From NCBI RefSeq assembly GCF_032062105.1, contig NW_026929843.1, positions 1 to 38,439 of the forward strand: 38,439 bases of DNA, written 5' to 3'. A model generated the notes under the pieces. That model saw nothing but the letters and a program-made list of their open reading frames with translations, ran no database searches and was not told the DNA's origin. Both the position numbers and the translations under genes were made by a program. Of this stretch, positions 1-12,899 are shown piece after piece. Each line of letters opens with the position of its first letter. Within the stretch, counting starts at the first letter, position 1. The stretch comes from Saccostrea cucullata (lineage: Eukaryota).

Positions 1-72
1 ACGTCATGTACGCCTTTGTTACGGAGTGTCAGGTGGAGGACAGTATCTTTTTTTTCCTGACCACGGCGTCAC

Positions 73-244
73 GTGACTATATCAGAATACTGCCGGTCCT
101 GGTATTATGAAGGAGGGGGGAGAAAGATTCTGTATGTACCGTACAGTCCAGAGGAGATGTACGACCTCTTCATCAAACTACAGCTGGACATCATCACACA
201 CTGTACTGGTCGGACAGGAGGATTCGTGACAGGATCAGTAACTT
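73..244 (+). CDS. Candidate coding exon of unknown product; possible upstream exon of the ROCO gene or an exon of a neighbouring gene
   Basis: An open frame ...ISEYCRSWYYEGGGRKILYVPYSPEEMYDLFIKLQLDIITHCTGRTGGFVTGSVT ends at a consensus donor ACTT|GTGAGT at 245-250. Its 1-nt overhang is phase-compatible with the acceptor at 14499, but that happens one time in three by chance. I recognise no domain in the peptide. Confidence 0.2.
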
Positions 245-3200
245 GTGAGTATTTATAACTTTTAATAAAGTTTTCCCCCTAGAAACTAGTTTCAAAAATC
301 GCCATATAAATAACTTATTATTGATCATCAGAATTTTCAGGAATTTAAATACATAATTATTCAATATTTTTTGGTATTATTTCATTTGTATTACAGTAAC
401 TTATTTAGTATTGGATTTTTATGAAGAGACTTACTTTTAAATGACGGCTGACTTTTACATTTTAAAGGGGCCAACTCCAAACTAAAAAAAATATAGAATA
501 TGAATTTTCTTTATAAAACACATCCAAAATACAAGTATTTAATTAGTATTTCTGTTTTTTTTTGCTGGGATCTGTAAAGTTCTAAGGTAAATACTACAGT
601 ACTTAATATCAATTTTTGTAATTATCAAAATTTTGGGCCAGCAAAAAAACTTTTGATTTTTTTATAATAATTTTAAACAGCTATGTCATTAATTGTAAAA
701 TCTAAAGTGGGTTTATGAAATAGACCCTTGGTTGCCATAGAAACGGGGTGCAAAATTTCAATTTCGTTAATTTTAAAAACGTGTACTTATCAAGAAAAAC
801 TGTGTCCAGAAATGAAAAGGGATAACTTAATATGTTTTCATTATTTAAATTTAATCTAAAATTTAAAAGAAATATATCTGTATTTTTAATTTAATCTTCA
901 ATGGAAAATGGCCTTTTTAAATTTTTAACATATCAGATATGTGATTGGTTTAGTGGAGTTTTTGCAGGCTTAAAACAAAAAAGGACAAAAAATTTAGTAG
1001 TAATTAATTATGAAAGGCTGATATTTGATTATATCAAAATATGTAAAATATTGGTGGGAGACTCAAAGATGTAAAAGGAATTCAAAGGTAAAGATGACTT
1101 TTTTCTACATTTTGAAGCATTTTTTGCTTCCTAATTACTTCCCTTGAACTACTCTTAACGTTTGGAGGTACTATGTGTATAGTAAACAGCAATGAACATT
1201 TTCTGGCGAAAGATCTCATCAAATTTTACAGTCTGGAAGAAGAAAAGAAGGCTAGACATCCTAAACAATAAACAGAAGGTAAATTTATGTATATACTGAG
1301 CATTACAAAAATATCAAGATTAACAAATGCATATTTTCTTAATTTAATTTGCCTTAAAATACACAGTTGTTTTACCGGTAGTGGTCGGGTCCTTATCAAA
1401 TCAAGTGAACTATACCTTTTGACAGTTTGACTTTCTGAACAATGAATTAATTATTTTTAAATAAAAATAAATTTAAAAAGCATATAAACATCACAAGTTT
1501 GCTGATATAGCTGATCCCCCCCCCCCCCCGCGAAATATAAATGTCTATATAGCAGTGTATAGAGATTGTAGAATCTGTCCCATTCAGTAGGTTTACTTTT
1601 TATGATGTGCTGAAAGAGACTTTTAAGTGAACATTATTTATCTTTATAATAAAATTTACTTCTGTCAGTTTTCATTCATTGGTTATCCTATTATTTCAAT
1701 TCTTTATTGGCATTAGGCAATATTTTACAGAATTGTGTTGTTAAAATATTTAACTACTTTTGGTAGCTTTAAATACCTACGTAGCTATTAATACCTACGT
1801 AGGTAGAAATAGTCTTTGGACTGGACCTTTTAAAGACAATAAAGAAAAAGTAAGACCAGTAAACCAAAAAACCAAAAAGGTATGACTAATTTCAAGTGCA
1901 TTCTGCAAGAAAGTGGACAGCCTAGATTTTGTTCTTTTCAAAAACCCATTTTAAAAATGAAAGTAAATTTAGGCAGATGATACAAACAAAAAATGGATAC
2001 CGGATTGGTATATATTTTTTGGCATAATTTAATTGCAAATTAATGATGCTATTAATAAATTTCTAGAATATTAATAAATTGTAAACCTTCTGTGATGTTC
2101 AAAAGTCTGCCCTCTTGAAACTATCCTTATTAGTCTATACAACTATTTTTTACTTAAAATTCCTTTTTTATGCAAATATGATTTAAAAATAAAAAAGACT
2201 TGAAGATAATTTTTAATTTTACTGATTTAAACATGACCTCAGTTGTTATTTTCAAATTCTTTGACAAAAGTTTTTTTTGTCCCGTGGGTATCATCTGTCC
2301 TTAAATTGTTAAAAAATATTTTAGTTTTATATCTAAATTTAAATCTTGCTTTTTTTTTTTTTTTAAACAAAATTTAATACCTGTCCAGTAACAGAAGAAT
2401 TATGATACTAGAAAAAAGAAAACAATTTTTAAAGGATTACATACACATTTAATTAGCTTGAAATCAGTGTATATTGGAAAGTGCAGGAATTATTTACTAT
2501 TGCAGGTTGAGAAGGGATGCCATATTTTAGGTTTGAAACCAGGCAAGTAAAGCTGAATTCCAACCTACTACAACATACTTGTACCCACTGTCTTCAAGAT
2601 ATCAGTGTTTGAGATGTAAAAGTTCAAATATAATAGGAACATGTTTACATTATTATGTGAAGGCATTCAAATCTTATGCTGTTAACAATATGTTTTAGAA
2701 CTTATCATGCTTTATCCTGTACCCTTTCCAAAAAAAATCAACTCAGCATAATTCTCATTAACTAATTATCAGTGTTACTTGCGTATGTCAATGTAGGTCA
2801 TTACTTGTACATGCCTGTCCAACAAAAACTCTAAAATTGAAAAATCAGAGAAAATTTTCAGAGCAGCAGAAACGTGAAATTTTACATAAATATGATGATA
2901 TGTAAAATAGTTAAAAACATGTACTTAAATGTTGCATATATAAAAAATAAAAAAAACGAAAAATTCTCTTGTTTTCAGAATTTATATTTACACGTGAAAA
3001 AAAGAAAACGAGATTGAATAGTTCTGTGAGAGATGTTGGCAAACCTAGTAAAATGAAAGGAAGAACTTCCTTAAAATAACTTTGGGGGAGTGTTTATGGG
3101 GGGGGGGATTGTTTGTTAATTATATGCCAAACACTATGTTTAAAGTTTTCCATTGTTGGAATTTATGTTTAGATCCAAGATAACTTACCCAAGAGGATGT

Positions 3201-4951
3201 GATTTTTTTTATACCAATGAATTTTTCTAAGTTTAAAGCCGTGTTTCATAAGTTTTATAAAAAAAATAAGAAGGGGGGGGGGAAATTTTTGATTTCATTC
3301 AAAGTATCTGTGGTTTGCAGTTGCCAATGAATTTAATAAATAATTATATAAAGTAACAAGTTGAAATGAGTAAAATATTATGAATGTCCTGCTTGTTTTA
3401 GTTTCATTTAATAATTTTTCAAGATTGACCAAATCTTGGAAAAAGTAAAAGCCACAAGGTTTTGCAATTATTTGACATAGCATTACAAAATGCATTATAT
3501 TTTTGCAACATATAGAAAAGCAAAATTTTAAGTGAAAAAATTTAGTTCACATTTACATTTAACTCATTACACAGGTTTTATAAAAGAGTAAATAAGTCTA
3601 GTTTTGGGGAAAATTTTTACTTTAAACGCAGCCATTTTGGTTAAAAATGTGGTTTCCTGTCTCCATGGTAACAAATCTTGCATTCCTGTTTCCATAGTAA
3701 TAGAGAATGGATAGGGGAAAAATTTTTTTTCATATTAGTTTCAATCTAAGGGGGAAATTTCAGGAAACTTGAAACAATCCCTGGTTAGTCTACTGTGATG
3801 TACTTCAAAATTGTCAATTTTACGGAAGGGGGGGGGGGGGGGGGCATTTTGTGCAGGTGTTCACAGTTCTCCTATCTAAAACATAGGAAATGGGATGTGA
3901 ATATTTTTACATGACACTTCTCCTAGATATGGACTAATTTTTCTGTAAATGACATCAAAACAGGTAGAAAGGAAATTTCTTTTCTATATGAACTTAATGT
4001 AATGTGCATATGTTCCTTGAAATAAGGGAAATTTTGCAGATTTTGGTTAATTTTTCATATTTAGCTTTTTAAAAAAAATGTTTAGGTGTCCCATAAATAT
4101 TTTAATGTGTTAAAACTAACTTATGTACCATCTATACAATGCACTGTTTCAAAATCAGTGTGCAAAGTATTAAAAAATCGCTTTGAAAAGGGTCTAAAAT
4201 GGAAATTTTCTCAATTTGGCAAAATGCCAAATCCCCAAAGCTAAGCGTTGTTAAGCCATTATGTAGAATTACAGTTTTTAAAAAATTATGTTGTTATACT
4301 AAAGAGAAATAATGGTAGTTTTGAAACAAAAGTAGATTTTCCCATTCTCTTGTTTCTTTTAAGCTCATTTTTATTCAGTAAAACCTATAAAATCACGTTT
4401 TTTGGTCAAATTTTAGGAAGAATTTACAGGGGAAACAATGATTAGTACCATGGCAACGAGACATTTTTTGAAATAAAAAAATATAAAACCATTAATGATG
4501 TGACAATGTGAGTACACACAAAAAGTTTCATTAAAATTGAAAATGTAGCGTGGCCAAGCATTATTGATATTGTTTGATTATTACAGAATTGATATTAAAA
4601 CGCATACAAACATAAGGATAACTTTACATCGTAGATTTTAAATACGAGCTAGTTTGCTGAAATGCGCTTATGCGAGAATTTTCCAGGTCTAAGTTATTCG
4701 TGCATTTCTCAGCTTTACGTTCTCTTCATTTAACAAAATTACATAAAAAATTCATTTTCAATTATCAATAAATTCATTTGAATGAAAAATCAAAACTAGT
4801 GGTACATTGCATATTTCTTATTCTGAATCACTGACCCCGAGAGCTCTCAAGAGCTTCGGACCTTTTGATTATACGCCTCCTAGTTCGACCGAATTAGCTC
4901 CATAGTTGGTCTTTTTTTTCCTTTCCTCTCTGGTCTACATTCCTCAGATGA

Positions 4952-5179
4952 AGAGGTAAGGGTCATCTTAATGATGCTCAACAGTATTCCCGTCTTCCTG
5001 AAATAGGTGGACCAGAACTACCTTTTCTAGACGAGTGTATTTTACTTGGGGATAAAATATATCCTAACCATCACCCCGTTGTTACCGCATTGACAGAACA
5101 ACAAATAGATAGAAGGACCATTTTTGAAAGAAAAAGGTGTCGAAAAGTAAATCGAATCATTTCAACACATACACTTTAA
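4952..5179 (+). pseudogene. PIF/Harbinger DDE transposase C-terminal fragment (remnant)
   Basis: The frame reads GHLNDAQQYSRLPEIGGPELPFLDECILLGDKIYPNHHPVVTALTEQQIDRRTIFERKRCRKVNRII*. GhLnD...LLGDkiYP...pvvT matches the Harbinger/HARBI1 C-terminus (PGSLQDCAVLQQSSL...SWLLGDSSFFLRTWLMTPL). An in-frame TGA sits immediately upstream at 4949-51 and no N-terminal DDE portion is found, so this is a truncated relic. Confidence 0.45.
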
Positions 5180-5215
5180 AAAATGCGCTTAGAAAATAAA
5201 CACTTCCATTACGTG

Positions 5216-5400
5216 TTTTGACCTTAACATGTATAAGATTGTGTTAAACGGCTAAACACTTAGGTCTAAACGTGTGTTAGATTGTGTTTAACGGCTAAAC
5301 ACTTATGTCTAAACATGTGTTATATCTACATGATGTTAAGATTTCACACATGTTTAGATATAAGTGTTTAGAAATCCGAACACTTTTCTGTGAAGTGCAG
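5216..5400. repeat. Cluster of short direct and inverted repeats (gtctaaacaYgtgt family), including a 46-bp tandem duplication
   Basis: Two tandem 46-bp copies (gattgtgttaaacggctaaacacttaggtctaaacgtgtgtta and its near-duplicate), about 5238-5283 and 5284-5329. They are followed by the palindrome ctaaacatgtg...cacatgtttag. The cluster abuts the Harbinger remnant and may be its subterminal region. Confidence 0.5.
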
Positions 5401-6395
5401 AGTTATCTTCCCGGAAATGACGCATATATATTCGAATGATAAATAGAGCGGTTATCGAAACAAAGGAAATCCAAATATTAGCTAAAGAAGATGGATTAAA
5501 AGAAGTGAATGCTAATCAAAGTGATAACCATGAAGAGATTGTGAAATGCATTTAAACTGCAACATTACTGCGATAAAAGGTATGTTAACTATTATTTTTA
5601 TTTTACATAAATTGACCATGATGGGCAACGTAAACAGGCATGCGTTTGCACATGTAGCTGTAGATCAAGATTACCTTCGGTATATTTTGTATTCCTGAAA
5701 TCTAGAAAGGAGTACATTATATGGAATATCAATAAAATCTATAACAATATCAATACTAAAGAGTGGTTATATAGACGAGGTTCAATAAAAGTAGCACAAT
5801 AATAGCTATCAAACATGTAAAAAAAAAGTTCATACAAATCCAGCCATTGAAAAGCATATTTTGATAAAATTTGAATTTCTTTCTTGTAGGATATGGTCCA
5901 CATCGAACATGAAAGTAATATACACGTATCAGAGAAACTGTTGTCATCTCCAAGTCCACAATGACATGCCAATTATGCCATCGTTCTTACATTTTTCAAC
6001 ACTTCTTACTTTCTAGGGGAAACTGAGTTTTGTGAAGCCTGCTGTTCGTTATAGCTTTGAACAACCTAAAAAAATTCTCAAATGATGACAGTTGATTACT
6101 TACTGACGGTCACCGATGAAAACAAATTATGCGTGTGTTGCTCAGTGAAAAATTGCTGGAAGTTAAACTTGATACAGACATAAGAAATAACTGCTTGCTA
6201 ATCTGGTTAGAATTAAAACCAGCGTGTAAAATTTAATGTACATGTATATTTGATTTAAAATTCTTTATAAAAAATCCATGTTTGAATGTTCATTGAATAA
6301 AATTTAAAATGTAAACAATTGTTATTTTTTCAGTTTTCTTGCAGGAAGACAACGAAAACATCCAAGTGTTGAATTTGTAAACATGTATAACATAA

Positions 6396-6560
6396 CATTT
6401 TTTGTAAAGTGTTTAAAGTCTAAACATGTAAGTGTCTAGGGTCTAAACACTTTCCGTTACACGTAATGAAATAAAATGTGTTTAAAATTTCAACGCATCA
6501 AAAAAAGTGTGACAATAAAGTGCTTAGGAAAGTGTCTATCATCTAAACACATTTTTTTAA
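6396..6560. repeat. Second cluster of the gtctaaaca / tgtttag short-repeat family
   Basis: It contains aagtctaaacatgtaagtg, gggtctaaacactttcc, atcatctaaacacattt and the inverted copies gtgtttaaa. It shares the motif family with 5216-5400, about 1 kb away. Confidence 0.4.
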
Positions 6561-8099
6561 AGTGTAGGTCTATTGTTGAACGATCTATTTGTAGATTAAA
6601 GAGTTATAAAATATTGAGTAGTGTTTGGAGGCAAAAAAAGAAGACAACTTCGCCAAATTGTATTTATTGTTGCATGGTTGGCTACTATAAAAGAGAAATT
6701 TAACATTATTCTTTAATTATTGCCGTAATGTACAAAAGGCTGTATAAAAAACTAACTACCGGTTGGAATACACTTTTTATTTTGATAAGATATTGAGCAT
6801 TACGGGTTATCTAAAGGTTTTTGTAATACAATGTTTAAAACGATAACCCTAAAATGGTTAGTATTTATTGCACTAAATATACACCATACTTCAAATATGG
6901 TTTTTGTTCACTTGTTTGGATATATGCTATCCTGTGCAATTAAAGAATAAAACATTGAGATAAAGCAACAAAAAATAGTTCCTAAAGACAGAGGGTAATA
7001 ATCCATCTTTTGTTTTCTTTTCTGATTTACTTTATAAGTGTGTAGCTATAGTGTGTGTTGAGATTCAATTTAAGTGTTTGGAGTCGGTCCCTTTGAATTG
7101 TAAAAGTCAGTCGTTGATTGTAAAAGTAAGTCTCTTCATAAAACTCCATTACAAACAATTATATATATTTTCAAGTAAAACCCTCACAACTACTTTACCC
7201 TTTTATATCTACATCAATACCCTAAATTATTTGATTAATGTCAGTAATAACAGACCAAATAATTGAACTGGAAATCAATTTGACCGCTGTCGCATAATAT
7301 TTGGTCCGCATTGTTTAAAGCTCCGGCCGGACCTAATACGATAACATATTTGGTCCGCCTGGCTCTATAAGAAAAGGTCCGCCCTCGGCCTTTTAAACAA
7401 ATTGTATGCACGTGGTTCATTCGATATTAATTAAAAACTATTCTTTTAAAATGAATTAAGGATATATAGTCGTATTAATAGGTAGTGTTTCCTCCAAGAA
7501 AATGTAAGAAGCAAAAAGTAAGAAATCGAAATGAATACATTTACATAAATAAAGGAATGTATAGATTTATTGATCGGGTTTCCTGTCGGGATGATGGGAC
7601 ATGCTTCTTTTGTCGTTTAAATTAATAAACTAATGTCAACATTATCATAAAAAATATTAAGAATACAATTGAACATACATTTACCTTCACCTCCTTGTTT
7701 ACTGGCAGATTAATCAGTATTGAATGAACAGATAATGTTCTCAAGTCCAACACGAATCATTTAGTTACAGTTTCTTTCATATAAACATGATAAACATTTG
7801 ACTAATCCACTCACAAAAACTAAAGTTCACATCTTTCAAAATATATTTCTTTATAGTATTAAGAAAAGAAATCTATCATTCTTTACGTTTAATATTGTTG
7901 TAAATAACTGGAGGGTCACTAGCTGTGACAGGGGCTTATTTTACGGTGTACTTCCCTACACCCCTAATTGTAAAAACAACATGCCTACGGACTGGGCAGT
8001 TGATTGTTTCGTTTGAGAAAACCTAAAGTACCATGTTTCTTACCTATTCAAAGGCTAAATTTTTATATCTACTAGATCTCTGCATTTCATTTTCTGAAT

Positions 8100-8250
8100 T
8101 TAACATTGCATTTTCCGACAATTTTTGTAATTTTTTCGGAATCCGACAATTGTTTTTTTCATTTCCGACATTATCTACTAGTATTTCTTTTTCTTTTTTC
8201 ACACTTTCGGATTTTTTAGGATACCTTTCCGGCAATTTAAGTTTAACATA
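8100..8250 (+). repeat. Copy A of a 'ttccgacaat ... ttcgga-tttttt-ag-tacct-tccggcaat' repeat family
   Basis: Direct similarity to 10975-11075. Both carry repeated tccgacaat motifs and end in ttcggattttttaggatacctttccggcaatttaagtttaac, compared with ttccggaattttttataggtacctctccggcaatgtaatgtttacc. Confidence 0.5.
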
Positions 8251-8599
8251 TATATATAAAAAAGATGGAAATTGAATTTTAACAGGGTATTGTATATATG
8301 CATTGTATAATATTATTTATTTCAAATCACGTTTTTTCTAATCATTACATACACTCTGTAATCAATATTAAGACGGGTTAATAAGTATGGAAACAGTGAA
8401 GTGAAACTTCACATTCACAATTCATGTACCTTTATCTGTTCCAGTGCAAAATCAAGTACGTTTCTTTGACAGCTAAGAGCAAAGCCTTTTATTTGAATAA
8501 ATTATCTAAAATATTTTACCTTAATTAAGGATTTTTATAACGGATGTATGACTTCTTTTTTCATTGACGAAAAAAGTACTGAAATGAATTTGACAAATG

Positions 8600-8700
8600 T
8601 GAAAACTTTTAAAATGTAAAAACTTAAAAATGTCGGAAATGAAAAGGACAGAAAATTCCGGAAATGAAATACTACTACTAAATATTACTTCGGGACAAGG
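8600..8700 (-). repeat. Inverted partial copy of the same repeat family
   Basis: tgtcggaaatgaaaa and aattccggaaatgaaat are reverse complements of ttttcatttccgaca and of the tccggaat motif at 8150-8200. Confidence 0.4.
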
Positions 8701-9204
8701 TAAATGTGCATTAATTGGCGAAATCAAACCAAATTAAGTCGATTAATTGCTGGATTTATAAATGCCTTTATTTTTTCATAATTAATATACATGTGGCTCA
8801 TATAAAATCTCTGTGCACTACATTTATGATATATTATATATACTAATGTCTCTCAGTTTCAATGAAAATCCGAACATTTTATACCCCCTCCTTTTTTTTA
8901 ATTATTACATGTGTATTTTTTTCAACTGTAAAAAAAGTTTAAAGTTTTAAAGTATACCGATATTGTACATATAAAGAGCTTGAGTTTAAAGACACAATTT
9001 CAGAAAATAATGAATGCACTTATGGGCCCTGGTAAAATGTGAAAAAATAAGCAAAGTTAGCAAAATTTTCATCTCAAATCATTAATTCATATCCAAACCA
9101 ACGATTCAACAATTTTTTACCATGGAATTCACAAAAAATAAAGAACAAAACCATACAATGTGGTAGGGTCAGCCGACTTTTGTGATTTTCTATTAAATTA
9201 CTAA

Positions 9205-10345
9205 ATCGAGATGCAGTACAGAGGGCGGACCTTTTCTGATAACTGCGTTTTAAGGTCCGCCCTGTCTATTTTTCTAGTTTTCAACCTCCGAAAATAAACC
9301 CTGTCCAAAACTTCTCTTTATGACATGAATATATATGAAATACAAAGGGCGGACCTTTTCTGATAACTGTGTTTTAAGGTCCGCCCTGTCTCTTTCTCTA
9401 GTTTCTAAGCTATACGTAAATAAACCCTGTCCAGAAATTACCCTATAAAAATGAAGAATCTGAAATACAAAGGGCGGACCTTTTCTGATAACTGCGTTTT
9501 AAGGTCCGCCCTGTCTCTTTCTCTAGTTTTTAAGCTATACGAAAATAATCCCTGTCCAGAAATTACCCTATAAAACATGAAGGTATCTGAAATACAGAGG
9601 GCGGACCTTTTCTGATAACTGCGTTTTAAGGTCCGCCCTGTCCCTTTCTCTAAATTTTAAGCTACGAAAATAAACCATCTCCAAAAATTATTATTTTTTT
9701 GATAACATGAGGATATCTGAAATACAAAGGGCGGACCTTTTCTGATAACTGCGTTTTAAGGTCCACCCTGTCTCTTTCTTTAATTTCTAAGCTATACGAA
9801 GATAAATCCTGTCCAAAAATTTCCCTATAAAAAATGAAGATATCAGAAATACAAAGGGCGGACCTTTTCTGATAACTGCGTTTTAAGGTCCGCCTTGTCT
9901 CTTTCTCTAGTTTCTAAGCCATACGAAAATAAACTCTGTCCAGAAATCACCCTATAAAAAAATGAAGATATCTGAAATACGAAGGGAGGACCTTTTCTGA
10001 TAACTGCGTTTTAAGGTCCGCCCTGTCTCCTTCTCTAGTTTTTAAGCTATACGAAAATAAACCCTGTCCAGAAATGTCCCTATAAAACATGAAGGTATCT
10101 GAAATACAAAGGTCGGGCCTTTTCTGATAACTGCGTTTTAAGGTCCGCCCTGTCTATTTTTCTAGTTTTCAACCTCCGAAAATAAACCCTGTCCAAAACT
10201 TCTCTTTATGACATGAATATATCTGAAATACAGAGGGCGGACCTTTTCTGATAACTGCGTTTTAAGGTCCGCCGCCTTGTCTCTTTCTCTAGTTTATAAG
10301 CTACGAAAATAAACCCTGTCCAGAAATTACCCTATAAAACAGGCG
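9205..10345. repeat. Tandem satellite, about 123-bp unit x about 9, each unit with an internal 10-bp inverted repeat
   Basis: Unit ...acaaagggcggaccttttctgataactgcgttttaaggtccgccctgtctctttctctagttt.taagctatacgaaaataaaccctgtccagaaattaccctataaaa.atgaag.tatctgaaat. The unit phase starts about 9219 and is periodic at about 9343, 9466, 9590, 9716, 9843, 9968, 10093 and 10218. gggcggacc...ggtccgccc can form a stem with a 20-nt loop in every unit. Units 1 and 8 share a distinct variant (ttttctagttttcaacctccg...cttctctttatgacatgaatat), hinting at a 7-unit higher-order period. Confidence 0.9.
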
Positions 10346-10974
10346 TGAGATAAATAATTATAAACAACTTTTCGCAGAAACCTTCAAGTCGGTTATAATA
10401 TAACATAATTTTCGGTTATACTAGTAATAGAAAATAATTCATAGTTACTAACACTTAACAGTTCTTGACAAAGGACCAAGCTTCTTCACCAATCGTGGCT
10501 TCTTAACATCTTCACATTCGGAACTCTCTGGATTTCTTTATATAATATGCTGCATTGCCACGAAATTCTATTCTAAACCAGCTCATACAATGCGTCAATC
10601 TGCATCTTTGCCATATTATATAGAGTCTCCCCCCTCTGATGTTTCGGAGGTCCGTGTTTGCTCTGCTCTTATTTTGTATATTTGTTTAATGGACGTTGAG
10701 ATTGAATACTGTTTTTTATTTCCATATCCTTCCTCTCCAGTAAAGGTCATTAATGTTCCGTTGCGCCAAAGCTCCAATAGGTCCACCCCCCCCCCCTCGT
10801 TTATTTACCTATATGTCTATAAAACTCACTTCACAAAACAATTATAACTTGATCACACTCCAGTCTCGGAAAAATTAAATATTCAGCAAAATAAATCAGT
10901 TGAACACGGACTTTCCTTTCTGTGTTTAAAAATTGCTACGGCGCTAGCTCACTTATCTTTTTTATAAGATAAAC

Positions 10975-11075
10975 TTGTTTTATTTCCGACAATTACTCTT
11001 TTTTCCCGACATTTGATTTATCTTTTTTTATTTCCGGAATTTTTTATAGGTACCTCTCCGGCAATGTAATGTTTA
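10975..11075 (+). repeat. Copy B of the tccgacaat/tccggcaat repeat family, flanking the 123-bp satellite on its right
   Basis: See 8100-8250. Together with the inverted copy at 8600-8700 it brackets the tandem array at 9205-10345. Confidence 0.5.
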
Positions 11076-11877
11076 CCGGGTACATGGACGTAGAAAAGGA
11101 ATTTTGAAAAAAAAATTATTAAACACCACAGTTTTAATATAAAAATCTGTATAATACATCTGTACATGAAGCACCAAGTCTATTTAACAGACTACAAATA
11201 ATGAGCATGCAATTTTTTCCTCACATTTAATGTTCGATAAATCAAATGCCAAATACTGCCTTGAACTTATGTCTATAATTTTATTCTTTAAAATTTTCAA
11301 TTACCGAAATTTAAATCAAAATTTGCGTTTTATATATAGATATCAGAGATTTAAAACAATGACCGATTCTTATCGATTCGGAATTTAAATATCAGACACA
11401 GTTTTAATTCAATTAGCTTGAATTTAACTAATAGGGGATATTTAAGTTCAATATCGGTGAAAATTTTAATTTAAATATAAATATCAACTCTCATGTAAAT
11501 ATACGCTTAATCTAGTATTTATAATTTTTAACTCAGATACGCCATATTTAGCTTTAAATTTTCAAATAAAGACTATATGATTATAATTAATATAAATGTC
11601 GCAGTTTTGAAGTGTACGCATGGATATTTTGTTCCTTAGCATGATTTATTAATTCAAGAAATTTAAATCTATTGATATGTAAAGCTAACACATGACCATA
11701 AGGTTCACCGACCATTCAATGACAGCGCCATCTGCCGCGGGCTCTACCTGTGGGTACCTGTCAGGTAAACAAATACGTCACACCCCCATTGTTTTATTAG
11801 CTATACACACCGACAGATTTCACACCTTTAATCGTATTCTAATTCACACAAAGCTAATTCTAGGGAAAACAAACACT

Positions 11878-12446
11878 TATTTATTTCAATAGTGGTCACT
11901 ATTTATGTTTGTTATTGAAATGCACTTTCAACCACTATTGATTATTTCAATAGTGGTCGTATTTCAATAGTGGTTATTACCTATGTTTGAGTAGTGCCCG
12001 TATTTCAATTGTGTTTGAAACCTATGGTTACCATATTGTAATGCACTCTCACCCACTATTGAAATAATTATTTCAATAGTGGTCGTATTTCAATAGTGGT
12101 CACTATTTATGGTTGTTATTGAAATGCACTCTCAACCACTATTGATATCATTATTTCAATAGTGGTCGTATTACGATTAATATTGGTTATTACCTATGTT
12201 TGTTATTGAAATGCACTCTCAACCACTATTGATATAATTATTTCAATAGTGGTCGTATTTCAATAGTGGTAACTAACTATGTTTGCTATTGAAATGCACT
12301 CTCAACCACTATTGACATAATTATTTCAATCGTGGTCGTATTTCAATAGTGGTTACTAACGATGTTTCTTATTGAAATGCACTCCTAACCACTATTTATA
12401 TAATTGTTTCAATAGTGGTCGTCATTTCAATAGTGGTTGCAACATT
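11878..12446. repeat. Tandem satellite, about 88-bp unit x about 6.5
   Basis: Unit is about atttcaatagtggtcgt atttcaatagtggttactaac tatgtttg.tattgaaatgcactctcaaccactattga.ataatt. Each unit holds two direct atttcaatagtggt copies and one inverted accactattgaaat. Confidence 0.85.
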
Positions 12447-12899
12447 GCAATCTTGTTGTGTATTAATGAGAAATATTAAAACTTTTATCCAGAAAAATAA
12501 TTTTATTCAGAATAGAAAAGTTAGAAACAAACTCCTTCTGGATTTTCTGGATTATAGTATTCAATGACATATTTTTCATTTTTACACAATGAAATTGCTA
12601 CTTTTCCAAAGGATTAAGAATAGAATTCATTTGTGAAAGAGCAAGGATGTGTTTATCAAACCCGCCAAAAAATTTGAAATTTTAATATCTTTTATATGAA
12701 ATAAGATTTTTAATTAATGTTTGTGTGAAATGCTATTAAAATATATAAGTCGTCATATTATAGAGAAAACAATAACTTCAAATCTGTGTCAATTACCTTT
12801 AAAATATGTACAAAATAATAAAATGCAAATTACTTTTTAATGAATATTCACAAACATTTTCATTTATTATAATAATTTAGTATTATTACATTAAACCCA

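Noticed and set aside
4948-4960. Strong-looking acceptor (cttttttttcctttcctctctggtctacattcctcag|A) just upstream of the Harbinger fragment, possibly a spliced transposase exon
   Set aside because: An in-frame TGA at 4949-51 immediately follows in the transposase frame, and no upstream exon with the DDE core could be found.
10590-10847. 85-aa plus-strand ORF
   Set aside because: It lies between satellite and repeat copies, contains a C11 homopolymer, and has no homology or splice context.
9205-12446. Regularly spaced repeats that could superficially suggest CRISPR arrays
   Set aside because: The units are 88-123 bp with no unique spacers between fixed short repeats. The context is eukaryotic, with GT-AG introns, TIR transposons and a LINE ORF1. 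These are satellites, not CRISPR arrays.
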